Shown here piece by piece: positions 37,680 through 46,363 of a stretch of 64,000 bases of DNA. The stretch's first letter is position 1. Each line of letters begins with the position of its first letter. The notes under the pieces were generated by a model that was not told the origin of the DNA, searched no databases, and was given only the letters and a program-made list of their open reading frames with translations. Both the position numbers and the translations under genes were made by a program. The stretch is from contig OZ252243.1 in NCBI GenBank assembly GCA_965249555.1, positions 416,001 through 480,000 of the forward strand. Reading direction: 5' to 3'. Source of the DNA: Nitrosopumilus sp. (GTDB lineage: Archaea > Thermoproteota > Nitrososphaeria > Nitrososphaerales > Nitrosopumilaceae).

Positions 37680-38038
37680 TTGGATTTAATTCTGTTCCTG
37701 ATTCTCTAAGAGATTTAGTTCCGAAAATAATTTCGAGGGAGGATATTACTAAACTATATCTTGCCATACCAAATATTGTTCGTGCTAAAAATATCGCTAA
37801 TAAAATATATAGATTAGATTCTCAACTAAAAAAACATTATATTTCGTTATTATCGCATTATCCTAAAATGTCCCATTCTAAACTTTTCAAAATTGCTAAA
37901 TCTTCTATGGTTCGTCAAAAGGTATCTATAAAATTATCAAAAACTATTGCTAAAAATCTAATGTTAAAAGCAGAAAAAAATAATCTATCTTCTAATGATA
38001 TGGAAAAAAGAATTTTATATAGTTATCTAAAGTTCTAA
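37680..38038 (+). pseudogene. C-terminal half of a ParB-like/RHH-ended DNA-binding protein
   Basis: GFNSVPDSLRDLVPKIISREDITKLY...; C-terminal KVSIKLSKTIAKNL..KAEKNNLS...ILYSYL fits a ribbon-helix-helix. ParB link is from recollection of thaumarchaeal proteins; ORF N-terminus looks non-coding. Confidence 0.35.
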
Positions 38039-38047
38039 TTGTAGATA

Positions 38048-38947
38048 TTGTCACTAACAAGTTTACTATCTATTCAAGAAATTAGGCAAAAATTTAATGA
38101 GACATTTTGCAGACCTAAGGTAAAACTTGAAGGTAAAATTTTAGCAACACCTCAAACAAAAAATTACTCTTTGATTGGTACTGCCTTTGATTATTTAGTT
38201 AGATTTTACATTAAATATGAAAAACCTGATGCAATATCCAGTAAATGGGTTGCAGAAAGTGGATTAGAACAATTAAAACTGTACAGTGGTAAATATGCAC
38301 ATGAAGTTGATTTAGAAAAAAAGACAATAAAGTTAGTACTAAATGAAGATAGTAAAATAAATTCTAATAATTCCAAATACAAAGATTTAGAGATATCTGA
38401 AAAAAACTTTGAAGAGGCTAAACAAAATTATGAATCATATCTTAAATCTGGTAAAATAACAAAGGAATTAATCAAATCTACGATACATCTAGCACAATTA
38501 GATTTTGTATATCGTTCTGGGCGTATCATATTTTCTGATGTTGTTGATCAAGACATACAGGATTTAGAGAATCTTATCAAAGTATTCAAAGATAAAAAAC
38601 TATTTTCAAAAAAATCTACAATTTATTTGAACCCAACTTTTGGTGAGGCTTCGCATCTTGTTGGAGGTGCAGATGCAGATTTAATCATAAATGATACACT
38701 AATAGACATCAAAACAACAAAATTTCTTAAATTTGATCAAAAAATGTATAACCAAATCATCGGATATTATCTTTTGTCAAAAATTGGAAAAATCAATGGT
38801 ACAAGTGAAATAAAGATTAACACTATCGGTATTTATTTCTCCAGACATGGATTGTTATATACATTACCTGTTAGTGTGATAGAAAGTAAAACAAATATTA
38901 AAAAATTTCTAATATGGTTTATGAAAATATCTCTAAAATACAAATAA
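38048..38947 (+). CDS. PD-(D/E)xK nuclease (RecB/Cas4-like motif set)
   Basis: IGTAFD, LNPTFG...GGADADLI...LIDIKT...QIIGY. Confidence 0.75.
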   Translation: MSLTSLLSIQEIRQKFNETFCRPKVKLEGKILATPQTKNYSLIGTAFDYLVRFYIKYEKPDAISSKWVAESGLEQLKLYSGKYAHEVDLEKKTIKLVLNEDSKINSNNSKYKDLEISEKNFEEAKQNYESYLKSGKITKELIKSTIHLAQLDFVYRSGRIIFSDVVDQDIQDLENLIKVFKDKKLFSKKSTIYLNPTFGEASHLVGGADADLIINDTLIDIKTTKFLKFDQKMYNQIIGYYLLSKIGKINGTSEIKINTIGIYFSRHGLLYTLPVSVIESKTNIKKFLIWFMKISLKYK

Positions 38948-39040
38948 AGATAATTTGAAATATAACTAGAATCTAAAAGGGTAATTTTTTTACTAGATGA
39001 ACCGTTATAGTAATATTATGGCGATATTACTTGATCAGAA

Positions 39041-39811
39041 TTGGGTTTTAAAAAATTTCTTGATGGTGTAAAAGACAAATATGATCAAAGACATGAAAGA
39101 AAACAAAAAGAAGAGGAAAAATTAAAAGAATATAAAAAAACAGTCAATGGACTTTTAGGTAGATTTGAAATTCCTGACTTGGATGATTTTTTTATGAAAT
39201 ATCTTAACGATAAACCCGAATCTGAAATTGAAGAAGAAGAGGATGGAAGAAAAATAGAACAAAGACCAAGTAGAAGAGAGTATATTGATTTTGCTTGGGA
39301 TTATTTGGATGATGAAGATATTACTTATGAGCAATTGAAAAATTTTGCTCTAAAAAAGAGAATTGTATCTCCAAGTTTTTTTAGAACAGTAGATGATTCA
39401 GTAGATGATAACAGTGATTTTGAAGTAATAATAAATTCTATCAAATCTAATTTTGAACCAGAAGCTATTACTAATGAAGAGCATTTAGAAGCACAACTAA
39501 CGATTTTTCTCAAAGCTAAATTCCCAGAAAAAAAAATAAGGCGTCAAGTAACAATTCAAAGAAATGATGTTTTGGATATTTTGGTTGATGACAAATATGC
39601 TTTTGAGTTAAAAGTTCCAAGAGCCAGAGCTGATCTGAGAAATCTTGGCTCACAGCTTGAGGAATATTTAGAACAATATCCTCAGCTTTGTGTTGTGATC
39701 TTTGATGTCAATGAGTCAAATCTAACACAGGACATTATAGATTATTCTAACAAGTATAAACAAAGTTATGGTATTGTTAGTGTTATTTTGGGCGGCATAA
39801 AACGTATCTAA
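39041..39811 (+). CDS. Helical N-domain plus restriction-endonuclease-fold C-domain
   Basis: EEHLEAQL...LDILVDDKYAFELK...QLEEY (D...ExK...QxxxY). Confidence 0.72.
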   Translation: MGFKKFLDGVKDKYDQRHERKQKEEEKLKEYKKTVNGLLGRFEIPDLDDFFMKYLNDKPESEIEEEEDGRKIEQRPSRREYIDFAWDYLDDEDITYEQLKNFALKKRIVSPSFFRTVDDSVDDNSDFEVIINSIKSNFEPEAITNEEHLEAQLTIFLKAKFPEKKIRRQVTIQRNDVLDILVDDKYAFELKVPRARADLRNLGSQLEEYLEQYPQLCVVIFDVNESNLTQDIIDYSNKYKQSYGIVSVILGGIKRI

Positions 39812-39839
39812 TCAAATGTCTTAATTGAAAACCCAAGAT

Positions 39840-40244
39840 TTAAGTCAATGTTTTTAGATTTATGCTATCAAAATAATAAATAGACATGTCCCCTAACCAT
39901 AATTTATATTTTGAAACATAATATTTCGCAAATTTTTCACTATTACCTAAAACTAGAAATTTTGTCCATCTGTATTTAGAAAATTTATCTAATAATTGCA
40001 TAGCCCATACAGTTGAATTAATATCACTTATTTTTCCTGAAGGGATATTACCACTTTTAGTATATGTCATAAACTTTGCATCTCCCACTATATACAACAC
40101 ATTATTTAGATAATCAAAACTTTTCTCCTTACCATTGATTGATATTTTTTCTTCAGGAAGTGTTGTATTAAATTTATTTTCTAATATTAAACGCATATTT
40201 ATTTCAAAATTTTTTCCTGCCTTTTGTGGAGTTATATTGTTCAA
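39840..40244 (-). CDS. Small PD-(D/E)xK-like nuclease
   Basis: GKNFE...SFDY...IVGDAKF (E...D...DxK). Confidence 0.6.
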   Translation of the reverse strand: MNNITPQKAGKNFEINMRLILENKFNTTLPEEKISINGKEKSFDYLNNVLYIVGDAKFMTYTKSGNIPSGKISDINSTVWAMQLLDKFSKYRWTKFLVLGNSEKFAKYYVSKYKLWLGDMSIYYFDSINLKTLT

Positions 40245-40479
40245 ATTCAGTGTTTTTGTTTATTCTAAAAATGATTAAAAGATATCTATCAGACATTATT
40301 GGATTATTGTGAAATGGGTATATTTCTGATGTAGAATATATGTGTATTAAATTTTCGGTTCTGCTAACTTATCGGGTGTAAGCTAGAAATTTTTTTCCCT
40401 GTTAACTGTCGGGTGTTTTTAAGCAGGCATTAAATTTAGTTTTGTTGGCTGTTGTAAGATAGTAAGCAGAAATGCAAAA

Positions 40480-40926
40480 TTGACGGAAATTAATTTTTCT
40501 GGACATGAACTTGCTAATTTAATCAATGAGATTTTATTAGCTAAAGGATTTATCACCAAAGTTTCTTCTTCTGGTCCTGATGGAGGCGTTGATATTCTTG
40601 CAGGATCTGGCTCTTTAGGTTTTGATAGCTCAAAAATTTGTGTTCAGGTAAAGTCTTCTCATAATACTGGAGATGTAAGAATTGTACGTGAATTAGATGG
40701 TGTTGTAAAACATTTCAAAGCAGATTATGGGTTATTAGTTGCATGGGGAGGACTAAACAACAAAGCTCTGCGAGAAATTAACACATCATTTTTTTCAACC
40801 AAACTATGGGATCAAGGAAAAATTGTGAATGAAATTATGGAAAACTATGATAAATTCAGTGATGATATGAAGATAAAATTGCCACTAAAACAGATCTGGT
40901 CTCTAGTTGAAGATATAGATGATTGA
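40480..40926 (+). CDS. mrr: Mrr-family restriction endonuclease catalytic domain (stand-alone or 5'-truncated)
   Basis: GPDGGVDILA...VQVK Mrr_cat motif; no N-terminal domain. Confidence 0.82.
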   Translation: MTEINFSGHELANLINEILLAKGFITKVSSSGPDGGVDILAGSGSLGFDSSKICVQVKSSHNTGDVRIVRELDGVVKHFKADYGLLVAWGGLNNKALREINTSFFSTKLWDQGKIVNEIMENYDKFSDDMKIKLPLKQIWSLVEDIDD

Positions 40927-41239
40927 TATTTTCTCATACAACCATTCTCCATTAACTCATTTTGTCTCATCTCCAAGATCCACTTTTGATTCATGCACAA
41001 AATAGTGTTGAGGTATGTAATATCGGATATCTTTTATTTCTCCAAGAAAATTCTGATAGATGTATTTTTTGTATTTGCAGTAGGGGTGATTCTTCAAATA
41101 GAATAGTAGAGGTAGTAGTTGATGAATATCAGGATTGACTGAAAGTATCAGTATATCAGATAGCGTATCTTGGTCAAAGAATGATGAGTGATCACCGTTT
41201 AAGACCCATTTTAAATAACACATAAAATCCATTTTTGAT

Positions 41240-41455
41240 ATGGTTCCAAATATAGATGCAAAAGAGGCCATAGAAAACGCTAGAGAATTTCTAGAGGAAT
41301 TTCATGATTCGTTTAACTTGATATCAACTAAATTAGAAGGTAAAATATGGTTAGTTGTTTGTGATGTTGGTTTTCTCAATAAAGAAATCAAGGAAGTAAA
41401 AGTTGATGCAGATTCTGGGCAGATTTTAGGACATATGGATGTCAACGAAGATTGA
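41240..41455 (+). CDS. Small acidic PepSY-like protein
   Basis: AKEAIENAREFL...WLV...VKVDADSGQIL pattern; overlaps the HEPN gene start. Confidence 0.6.
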   Translation: MVPNIDAKEAIENAREFLEEFHDSFNLISTKLEGKIWLVVCDVGFLNKEIKEVKVDADSGQILGHMDVNED

Positions 41456-41831
41456 TGAGGCAGAAAATGATGCAGACAGATTTGCATCTATGGTATTGCA
41501 TTATAGTCATAATGCAGAAAAATATCTGAAAATTAAGGACTACCATAAAGCCAGTGAAATGATGTGGGGTGCAATGTCCTGTGTGATTAAAGCTGTTGCT
41601 GCAAAAGAGAATAAATCAATTAAAAGTCATAGGGATTTAGGAGAATATGTAAGAAATCTGGCAAAACAGCAAAAAGATAAAGAACTTTTTAATTCGTTTT
41701 CAAAAGCAAGTATGTTACATTCAAATTTTTATGAGTCAAATCTTGACCCAAAAACAGTCTTAACAATAATACAAGATGTTTCTAGAACCATTGGTAGACT
41801 AATGCGTAAAATGAAATATAGATCTCCCTAA
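41439..41831 (+). CDS. PaREP1-family HEPN protein
   Basis: ASEMMWGA, SHRDL and LHSNFYE motifs. Confidence 0.8.
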   Translation: MSTKIDEAENDADRFASMVLHYSHNAEKYLKIKDYHKASEMMWGAMSCVIKAVAAKENKSIKSHRDLGEYVRNLAKQQKDKELFNSFSKASMLHSNFYESNLDPKTVLTIIQDVSRTIGRLMRKMKYRSP

Positions 41832-41889
41832 TCAGAAAATTTATCAAGTGATTTCGATTAGAATATTAAACAAAAAATCTATTTCATAA

Positions 41890-42007
41890 TTAGTGGTGTA
41901 GTGTCAGCACGTTCACCTGATAACTGAAAAACACGAGTTAGATTCCCATCTAATCCACTAAAAATAAAAAAAGCTAGTGTAATTCTAGCATTTCACCTGA
42001 TAACTGA
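41890..42007 (+). repeat. Two degenerate tRNA-like units sharing TTCACCTGATAACTGA (80-nt spacing)
   Basis: 16-bp exact repeat at 41912-41927 and 41992-42007, each preceded by GTGTA...AGCA. Confidence 0.6.
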
Positions 42008-42079
42008 CTAATTCCTACTTTTTAGAGTATAAAAAACTTCGATCAAGGACAGATATTCATCAAAGTTTATGCCCAGTAT

Positions 42080-42283
42080 ATGATGTATTGTGATAAATGT
42101 AAAGAAGAATTCCCTCATAATCCAGCAGGTAATATATGTATAAAATGTGGTAATGAATTAAGAGTTTACAATTATTCTAAACCCGATACAAAAAACATTC
42201 AATCAACAAATAACAAAAACACAAAAAAGATTCTAATTATTGTAGTTGTTAGTATTGTTGTATTAAGTTTAATGTCTGCATGA
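42080..42283 (+). CDS. Zinc-ribbon membrane protein, probably truncated
   Basis: CDKC...CIKCG followed by one TM helix ending at the stop codon. Confidence 0.55.
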   Translation: MMYCDKCKEEFPHNPAGNICIKCGNELRVYNYSKPDTKNIQSTNNKNTKKILIIVVVSIVVLSLMSA

Positions 42284-42519
42284 CCAAGATATGACACTAT
42301 ATTTTAGAGATATTGATGATGATTATCATAAATTAAAAATCCCTAAAAACAAGGAAATTTACATTTGTAGAGATTTGATAATTTTTGATAAATCTTTAAT
42401 TCAGATAGAATTATCAAAAAAACATGATAATTAGAGTAATTATTTACTAATTATACACACACAGCAAGGGGTAAAAAAGATAATTAATGATAAACAGAGA
42501 GGGAAGGTGAGGAAAAAAC

Positions 42520-42687
42520 ATGTCAAAATGTGAAGAATGTGATGCAAATATTTCCGTACCAAGTGATGCACTTGAGGGAGAGATTGTAACATGTCCGGAA
42601 TGTGGCGCAAGTTTTGAATTAGCAAAAGGTTCAGATGGTTTCGATCTAAAGCCTGCCCAAACGGTTGGCGAGGATTGGGGACAGTGA
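42520..42687 (+). CDS. lysW: LysW-like carrier protein (copy 2, C-terminus EDWGQ)
   Basis: Manual translation MSKCEECDA...CPECG...QTVGEDWGQ*. Confidence 0.93.
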   Translation: MSKCEECDANISVPSDALEGEIVTCPECGASFELAKGSDGFDLKPAQTVGEDWGQ

Positions 42688-43532
42688 GTCCTGACGTTAC
42701 AATTCTTTACGATAACATCCGTTGGGAAGAAAAAGCTCTACTAGAAGCCGGTAAAAAAAACAACATCAATGTTCAGATGGTTAATTGTAAGAATCTAGCA
42801 TTAGATTTAGAAAAAAAGCCTGAAGATTATGGAATAGTTATCCAGAGGTGTGTGAGTTACTATAGAAACTTGCATTCAACTGCAGCCTTGGAAGGACTTG
42901 GAGTCAAGGTAATCAACTGTCTCAATACAGGTATTTTTGCGGGAAACAAATTATTCACCCACATGTTACTAAAGAAATTTGGAGTGCCAACACCTGATGC
43001 AACTGTTGCTTTTTCAAAAGATGCAGCTCTGCAAGCATTAGAAACACAAGGGTTTCCCAGAGTAATCAAACCAACAGTTGGTAGTTGGGGCAGATTGATT
43101 TCAAAATTAAATGACAAAGAATCAGCTGACGGAATTATTGAAAGTAGAGAAAATATGTATCCAATTCACCAAATCCATTACCTAGAAGAATTTGTAAAAA
43201 GACCGCCAAGAGACATTAGAGCTATAATGGTTGGAGACAAAATAGTTGCAGCAATTTACAGAACTTCGGAAAATGGAAATTGGAAAACGAATATGGCACT
43301 TGGAGGAGTAGCAGAACCATGTAAGGTTACACCAGAGATGGAAGAAATGTGTATTAAGGCAAAAAATGCAGTTCAGGGGGATATCGTAGGTGTGGATTTG
43401 ATGGAAAGTGATGATAAAGGACTGGTAGTTCATGAGGTTAACAATACAACAGAATACAAAAACACAGTTAGAGTTTGTAAAGCAGATATTCCAACTGAAA
43501 TGTTAGAGTATGCATTGAAGATGGGTAAGTAA
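42684..43532 (+). CDS. lysX: LysW ligase LysX/ArgX, copy 2
   Basis: KPTVGSWGR, RDIR, WKTN and EVNNTTEYK; GTGA overlap with lysW gives start 42684. Confidence 0.9.
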   Translation: MSPDVTILYDNIRWEEKALLEAGKKNNINVQMVNCKNLALDLEKKPEDYGIVIQRCVSYYRNLHSTAALEGLGVKVINCLNTGIFAGNKLFTHMLLKKFGVPTPDATVAFSKDAALQALETQGFPRVIKPTVGSWGRLISKLNDKESADGIIESRENMYPIHQIHYLEEFVKRPPRDIRAIMVGDKIVAAIYRTSENGNWKTNMALGGVAEPCKVTPEMEEMCIKAKNAVQGDIVGVDLMESDDKGLVVHEVNNTTEYKNTVRVCKADIPTEMLEYALKMGK

Positions 43533-43535
43533 GAA

Positions 43536-44663
43536 TTGAATTCTCATTTTACAGTAACACCAAGTTTTGCAGTAAAGACACTTGAAAAAGCACTCAGATT
43601 GTACACGCCATCTCTCAGTGAAAAACCAATGACAGATTTTTTAGCTGATAAATGTGATGATTTAGGATTTGAAGATATTAAAGTTGACGAAGTAGGAAAT
43701 TTAATTGCAAAGAAGGGAACAGGTTCACCAAAAATTATGTTATGCGGACACATGGATGTTGTTCCAGGAAAAGTCAAAGTTAGAAAAGAAGGAGATTCGC
43801 TTTATGGACGTGGGGCATCAGATGCTAAAGCACCATTAATTGCAATGTTATTTGCCGCAGCATCAATTCAAAATAATAATGGAACTGTAATTTTTGTAGC
43901 AGCTGTAGATGAAGAAGGTAGTGCTACAGGAATAAAAAATCTTGTAAAAAAAAATATGGGTATTGATTATGCAATATTTGGAGAACCAAGTGGAGTTAAA
44001 CAAGTCACAATTGCATACAAAGGAAGATTAGCAATTAATCTTAAAGTTTCAGTTGAGGATAGTTCTCATGCAAGTGCACCATGGCTTTCAAAAAATGCAA
44101 TTCAAGAATCAATGGTTTTTGTAAAAGAACTCAAAGAAGGATTAGAAGCGGGTCAGGACGATAGAACTAAAGGTATGTTACTAACTGCAACTATAACTGA
44201 AATTACAGGGGGAATTAGTCACAACGTTACTCCAAAAGAATGTGAAACTACTTTTGATATCAGAATTCCAGTTGATATGAACTGTAAATCTACTGAACAA
44301 AAAATTGCAACGTTAGTAAAAGAAATTGCAGAAAAAAGAGGTGTAGAGGCATTTTATTCAATTCTTGATGAAACAGAACCATTTGAAGCAAATCATAATT
44401 CACCACTAGTTAGAGCATTTACTCTTGGAGTTATTGATGTAGAGCATTCAAGACCAACTCTAATTAGAAAAACAGGGACAGGGGACATGAACGTTCTTGG
44501 AAATCAGTGGAAAATACCAGTTGTAACATATGGTCCAGGGGATCCTCATGAAGCCCATACAATTGATGAGAAGGTCTCAATTGATGAGTACCTAAGAGGA
44601 ATAGAGATTCTCAAGAAAACACTTCAGCATTTAAAAAGACTTCATGATAAAAAGATGAAGTAA
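43536..44663 (+). CDS. lysK: LysW-lysine/ornithine hydrolase (M20 family)
   Basis: GHMDVV, GRGASDAK, DEE, GTGDMN and YGPGD..AH. Confidence 0.9.
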   Translation: MNSHFTVTPSFAVKTLEKALRLYTPSLSEKPMTDFLADKCDDLGFEDIKVDEVGNLIAKKGTGSPKIMLCGHMDVVPGKVKVRKEGDSLYGRGASDAKAPLIAMLFAAASIQNNNGTVIFVAAVDEEGSATGIKNLVKKNMGIDYAIFGEPSGVKQVTIAYKGRLAINLKVSVEDSSHASAPWLSKNAIQESMVFVKELKEGLEAGQDDRTKGMLLTATITEITGGISHNVTPKECETTFDIRIPVDMNCKSTEQKIATLVKEIAEKRGVEAFYSILDETEPFEANHNSPLVRAFTLGVIDVEHSRPTLIRKTGTGDMNVLGNQWKIPVVTYGPGDPHEAHTIDEKVSIDEYLRGIEILKKTLQHLKRLHDKKMK

Positions 44664-45700
44664 TGCTTTGGTTTGTAGGTTTAGGAATTTCTGGGTTCAA
44701 ATCAATTCCTAATGAAGCACTAGATATTTTATCAAAAGCAGATATTGTCTATCTTGAACAGTTTACCAGCCCAATTGGGAAATCAGATTTGGTGAAAATC
44801 AAAAATGCAACAAAAGGTGAATTCAAACCCGCAAAGAGATGGCTAGTGGAAGATGGAAGTGAAATTTTACAAAATGCAAAGAAGAAAAAAGTGGTTTTGC
44901 TCTCATATGGGGATCCATACATTGCAACAACTCACATTGAATTAAGAACAAGAGCAATTGAAGATAAAATAAAGACATTTTCTATTCATGCTTCATCATC
45001 ACTTACTTCTATGATAGGGGAGTGCGGTTTGCATTTTTACAAAGTTGGAAGAATTGCAACAATAATGAGTGAAATGAAATCACTTACAACACCGTACTAT
45101 CTAATTTACAAAAATATCATTGAAGGGAATCACACTGTACTTCTCTTAGAGTACAATCAAGACAAGGATTTTTTCTTGGATCCTAAAGATGCATTAAGTG
45201 GATTGTTAGAAACAGAAAAAGGACAGAGAAGAAATGTAATTAGCTCATCTACTTATGCCATAGTTGCATCAAGAATTGGATTCAAAGATCAAACAATCAT
45301 TTCAGGCAAAATATCTAGCCTGAAGAAAAGGGATTTCGGAAAGCCACCACATACTGTAATAATTCCAGGTAGATTACACTTTACTGAATCAGATGCCTTG
45401 AAGATGTTAGGTGAATGCATTGATGAGCCATTTGATAATTCTGAAAAAACAAAAAAGATTTCAGTTCAGATGATGAAAAAATATGTTCCAATGGTCAGAG
45501 AGGCACTTGAAGAGATCAAACCACTCTATAAAGATCAAAAAGAATTTCAAGTAATTTTAGAAAATGCAGAATTGTACATACTTGATGCAGAAAAATTCCT
45601 AGCAGATGGTCAAGATGAGGTAGCAATTTTGAGTATTGGATATGCAGATGGTCTTGTTGATGCATTGAGACTGGCAAAAGGCCTTGATCCAAAAATGTGA
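44663..45700 (+). CDS. dph5: Diphthine synthase with C-terminal DUF357-like domain
   Basis: FVGLG, GDPYIATTH, HTVLLL and GKPPH; YILDAEKF...YADG.VDA tail. Confidence 0.9.
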   Translation: MLWFVGLGISGFKSIPNEALDILSKADIVYLEQFTSPIGKSDLVKIKNATKGEFKPAKRWLVEDGSEILQNAKKKKVVLLSYGDPYIATTHIELRTRAIEDKIKTFSIHASSSLTSMIGECGLHFYKVGRIATIMSEMKSLTTPYYLIYKNIIEGNHTVLLLEYNQDKDFFLDPKDALSGLLETEKGQRRNVISSSTYAIVASRIGFKDQTIISGKISSLKKRDFGKPPHTVIIPGRLHFTESDALKMLGECIDEPFDNSEKTKKISVQMMKKYVPMVREALEEIKPLYKDQKEFQVILENAELYILDAEKFLADGQDEVAILSIGYADGLVDALRLAKGLDPKM

Positions 45701-45745
45701 TCAATATCGATGAATTAAAGAGAGGGTCTAAAAATAAGAAAAATA

Positions 45746-46363
45746 TTGGAAATAAACGAAAAAGCAATTCTTTCTGCCATGTATGTATGTCAAATTGACG
45801 GAAAGCCAGTATTAGAGAAAATTACAAAACAAAGTTTGCTTTCAATAGACACAATTAACTCAAAGATTGATGAATTAATTAAAAACCAACTTGTAAACGA
45901 AGACAGAACCACGCTTACAGAAATTGGGCGAGATTCACTACATGTCGTATTATCTGGAGGGGTTTTCGATATCATTCATCCTGGTCACATTCACACACTT
46001 GATGCGGCAAAAGCATTAGGAGATGTTCTAGTAGTAGTTGTAGCAACAGATAGCACATCTGAAAAGATGAAGAATCGAAGACCACTGCACACTCAGGAAC
46101 AAAGACAAGAATTAGTAAATTCTCTCTCAATGGTAGATCTTTGTCTAGTAGGACAAGAAGATGATATTTTCAAGACAGTTAATCGTGTAAGACCACAAAT
46201 TATTGCATTAGGTTATGATCAAGTTCATCAAGAGAAATTCATCACAGATGGATGCAAAAAGATTGATCTTGAAGCAAAAGTTGCAAGATTGCAATCCCCA
46301 ATTCCTGAAAGCTCTAGCTCTAAAATAGAAGAAGCGTATGGAAAAGATATTCACGGAATTTAG
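45746..46363 (+). CDS. ribL: Archaeal FAD synthetase (cytidylyltransferase family) with N-terminal wHTH-like extension
   Basis: GVFDIIHPGH and IALGYDQ; adjacent to riboflavin kinase. Confidence 0.82.
   Translation: MEINEKAILSAMYVCQIDGKPVLEKITKQSLLSIDTINSKIDELIKNQLVNEDRTTLTEIGRDSLHVVLSGGVFDIIHPGHIHTLDAAKALGDVLVVVVATDSTSEKMKNRRPLHTQEQRQELVNSLSMVDLCLVGQEDDIFKTVNRVRPQIIALGYDQVHQEKFITDGCKKIDLEAKVARLQSPIPESSSSKIEEAYGKDIHGI

Larger units (their letters stand above)
36086..42490. mobile_element. 6.4 kb defence-type island bounded by a direct repeat
   Basis: AAGATAATTAATGA at 36086-36099 and 42477-42490; nuclease/TA cargo; interrupts the lys operon; no integrase seen inside. Confidence 0.8.

Noticed and set aside
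37411-37767. 118-aa minus-strand ORF, possibly a transposase fragment (IVTDG)
   Set aside because: Single short motif, no inverted repeats, overlaps a better plus-strand remnant.
40957-41271. 104-aa minus-strand ORF
   Set aside because: No recognisable motif and overlaps the start of the PepSY-like gene; cannot be supported.
41890-41961. Functional tRNA-Ile gene
   Set aside because: C-C mismatch in the anticodon stem, no GTTC T-loop and irregular arm spacing; kept only as a tRNA-like repeat.
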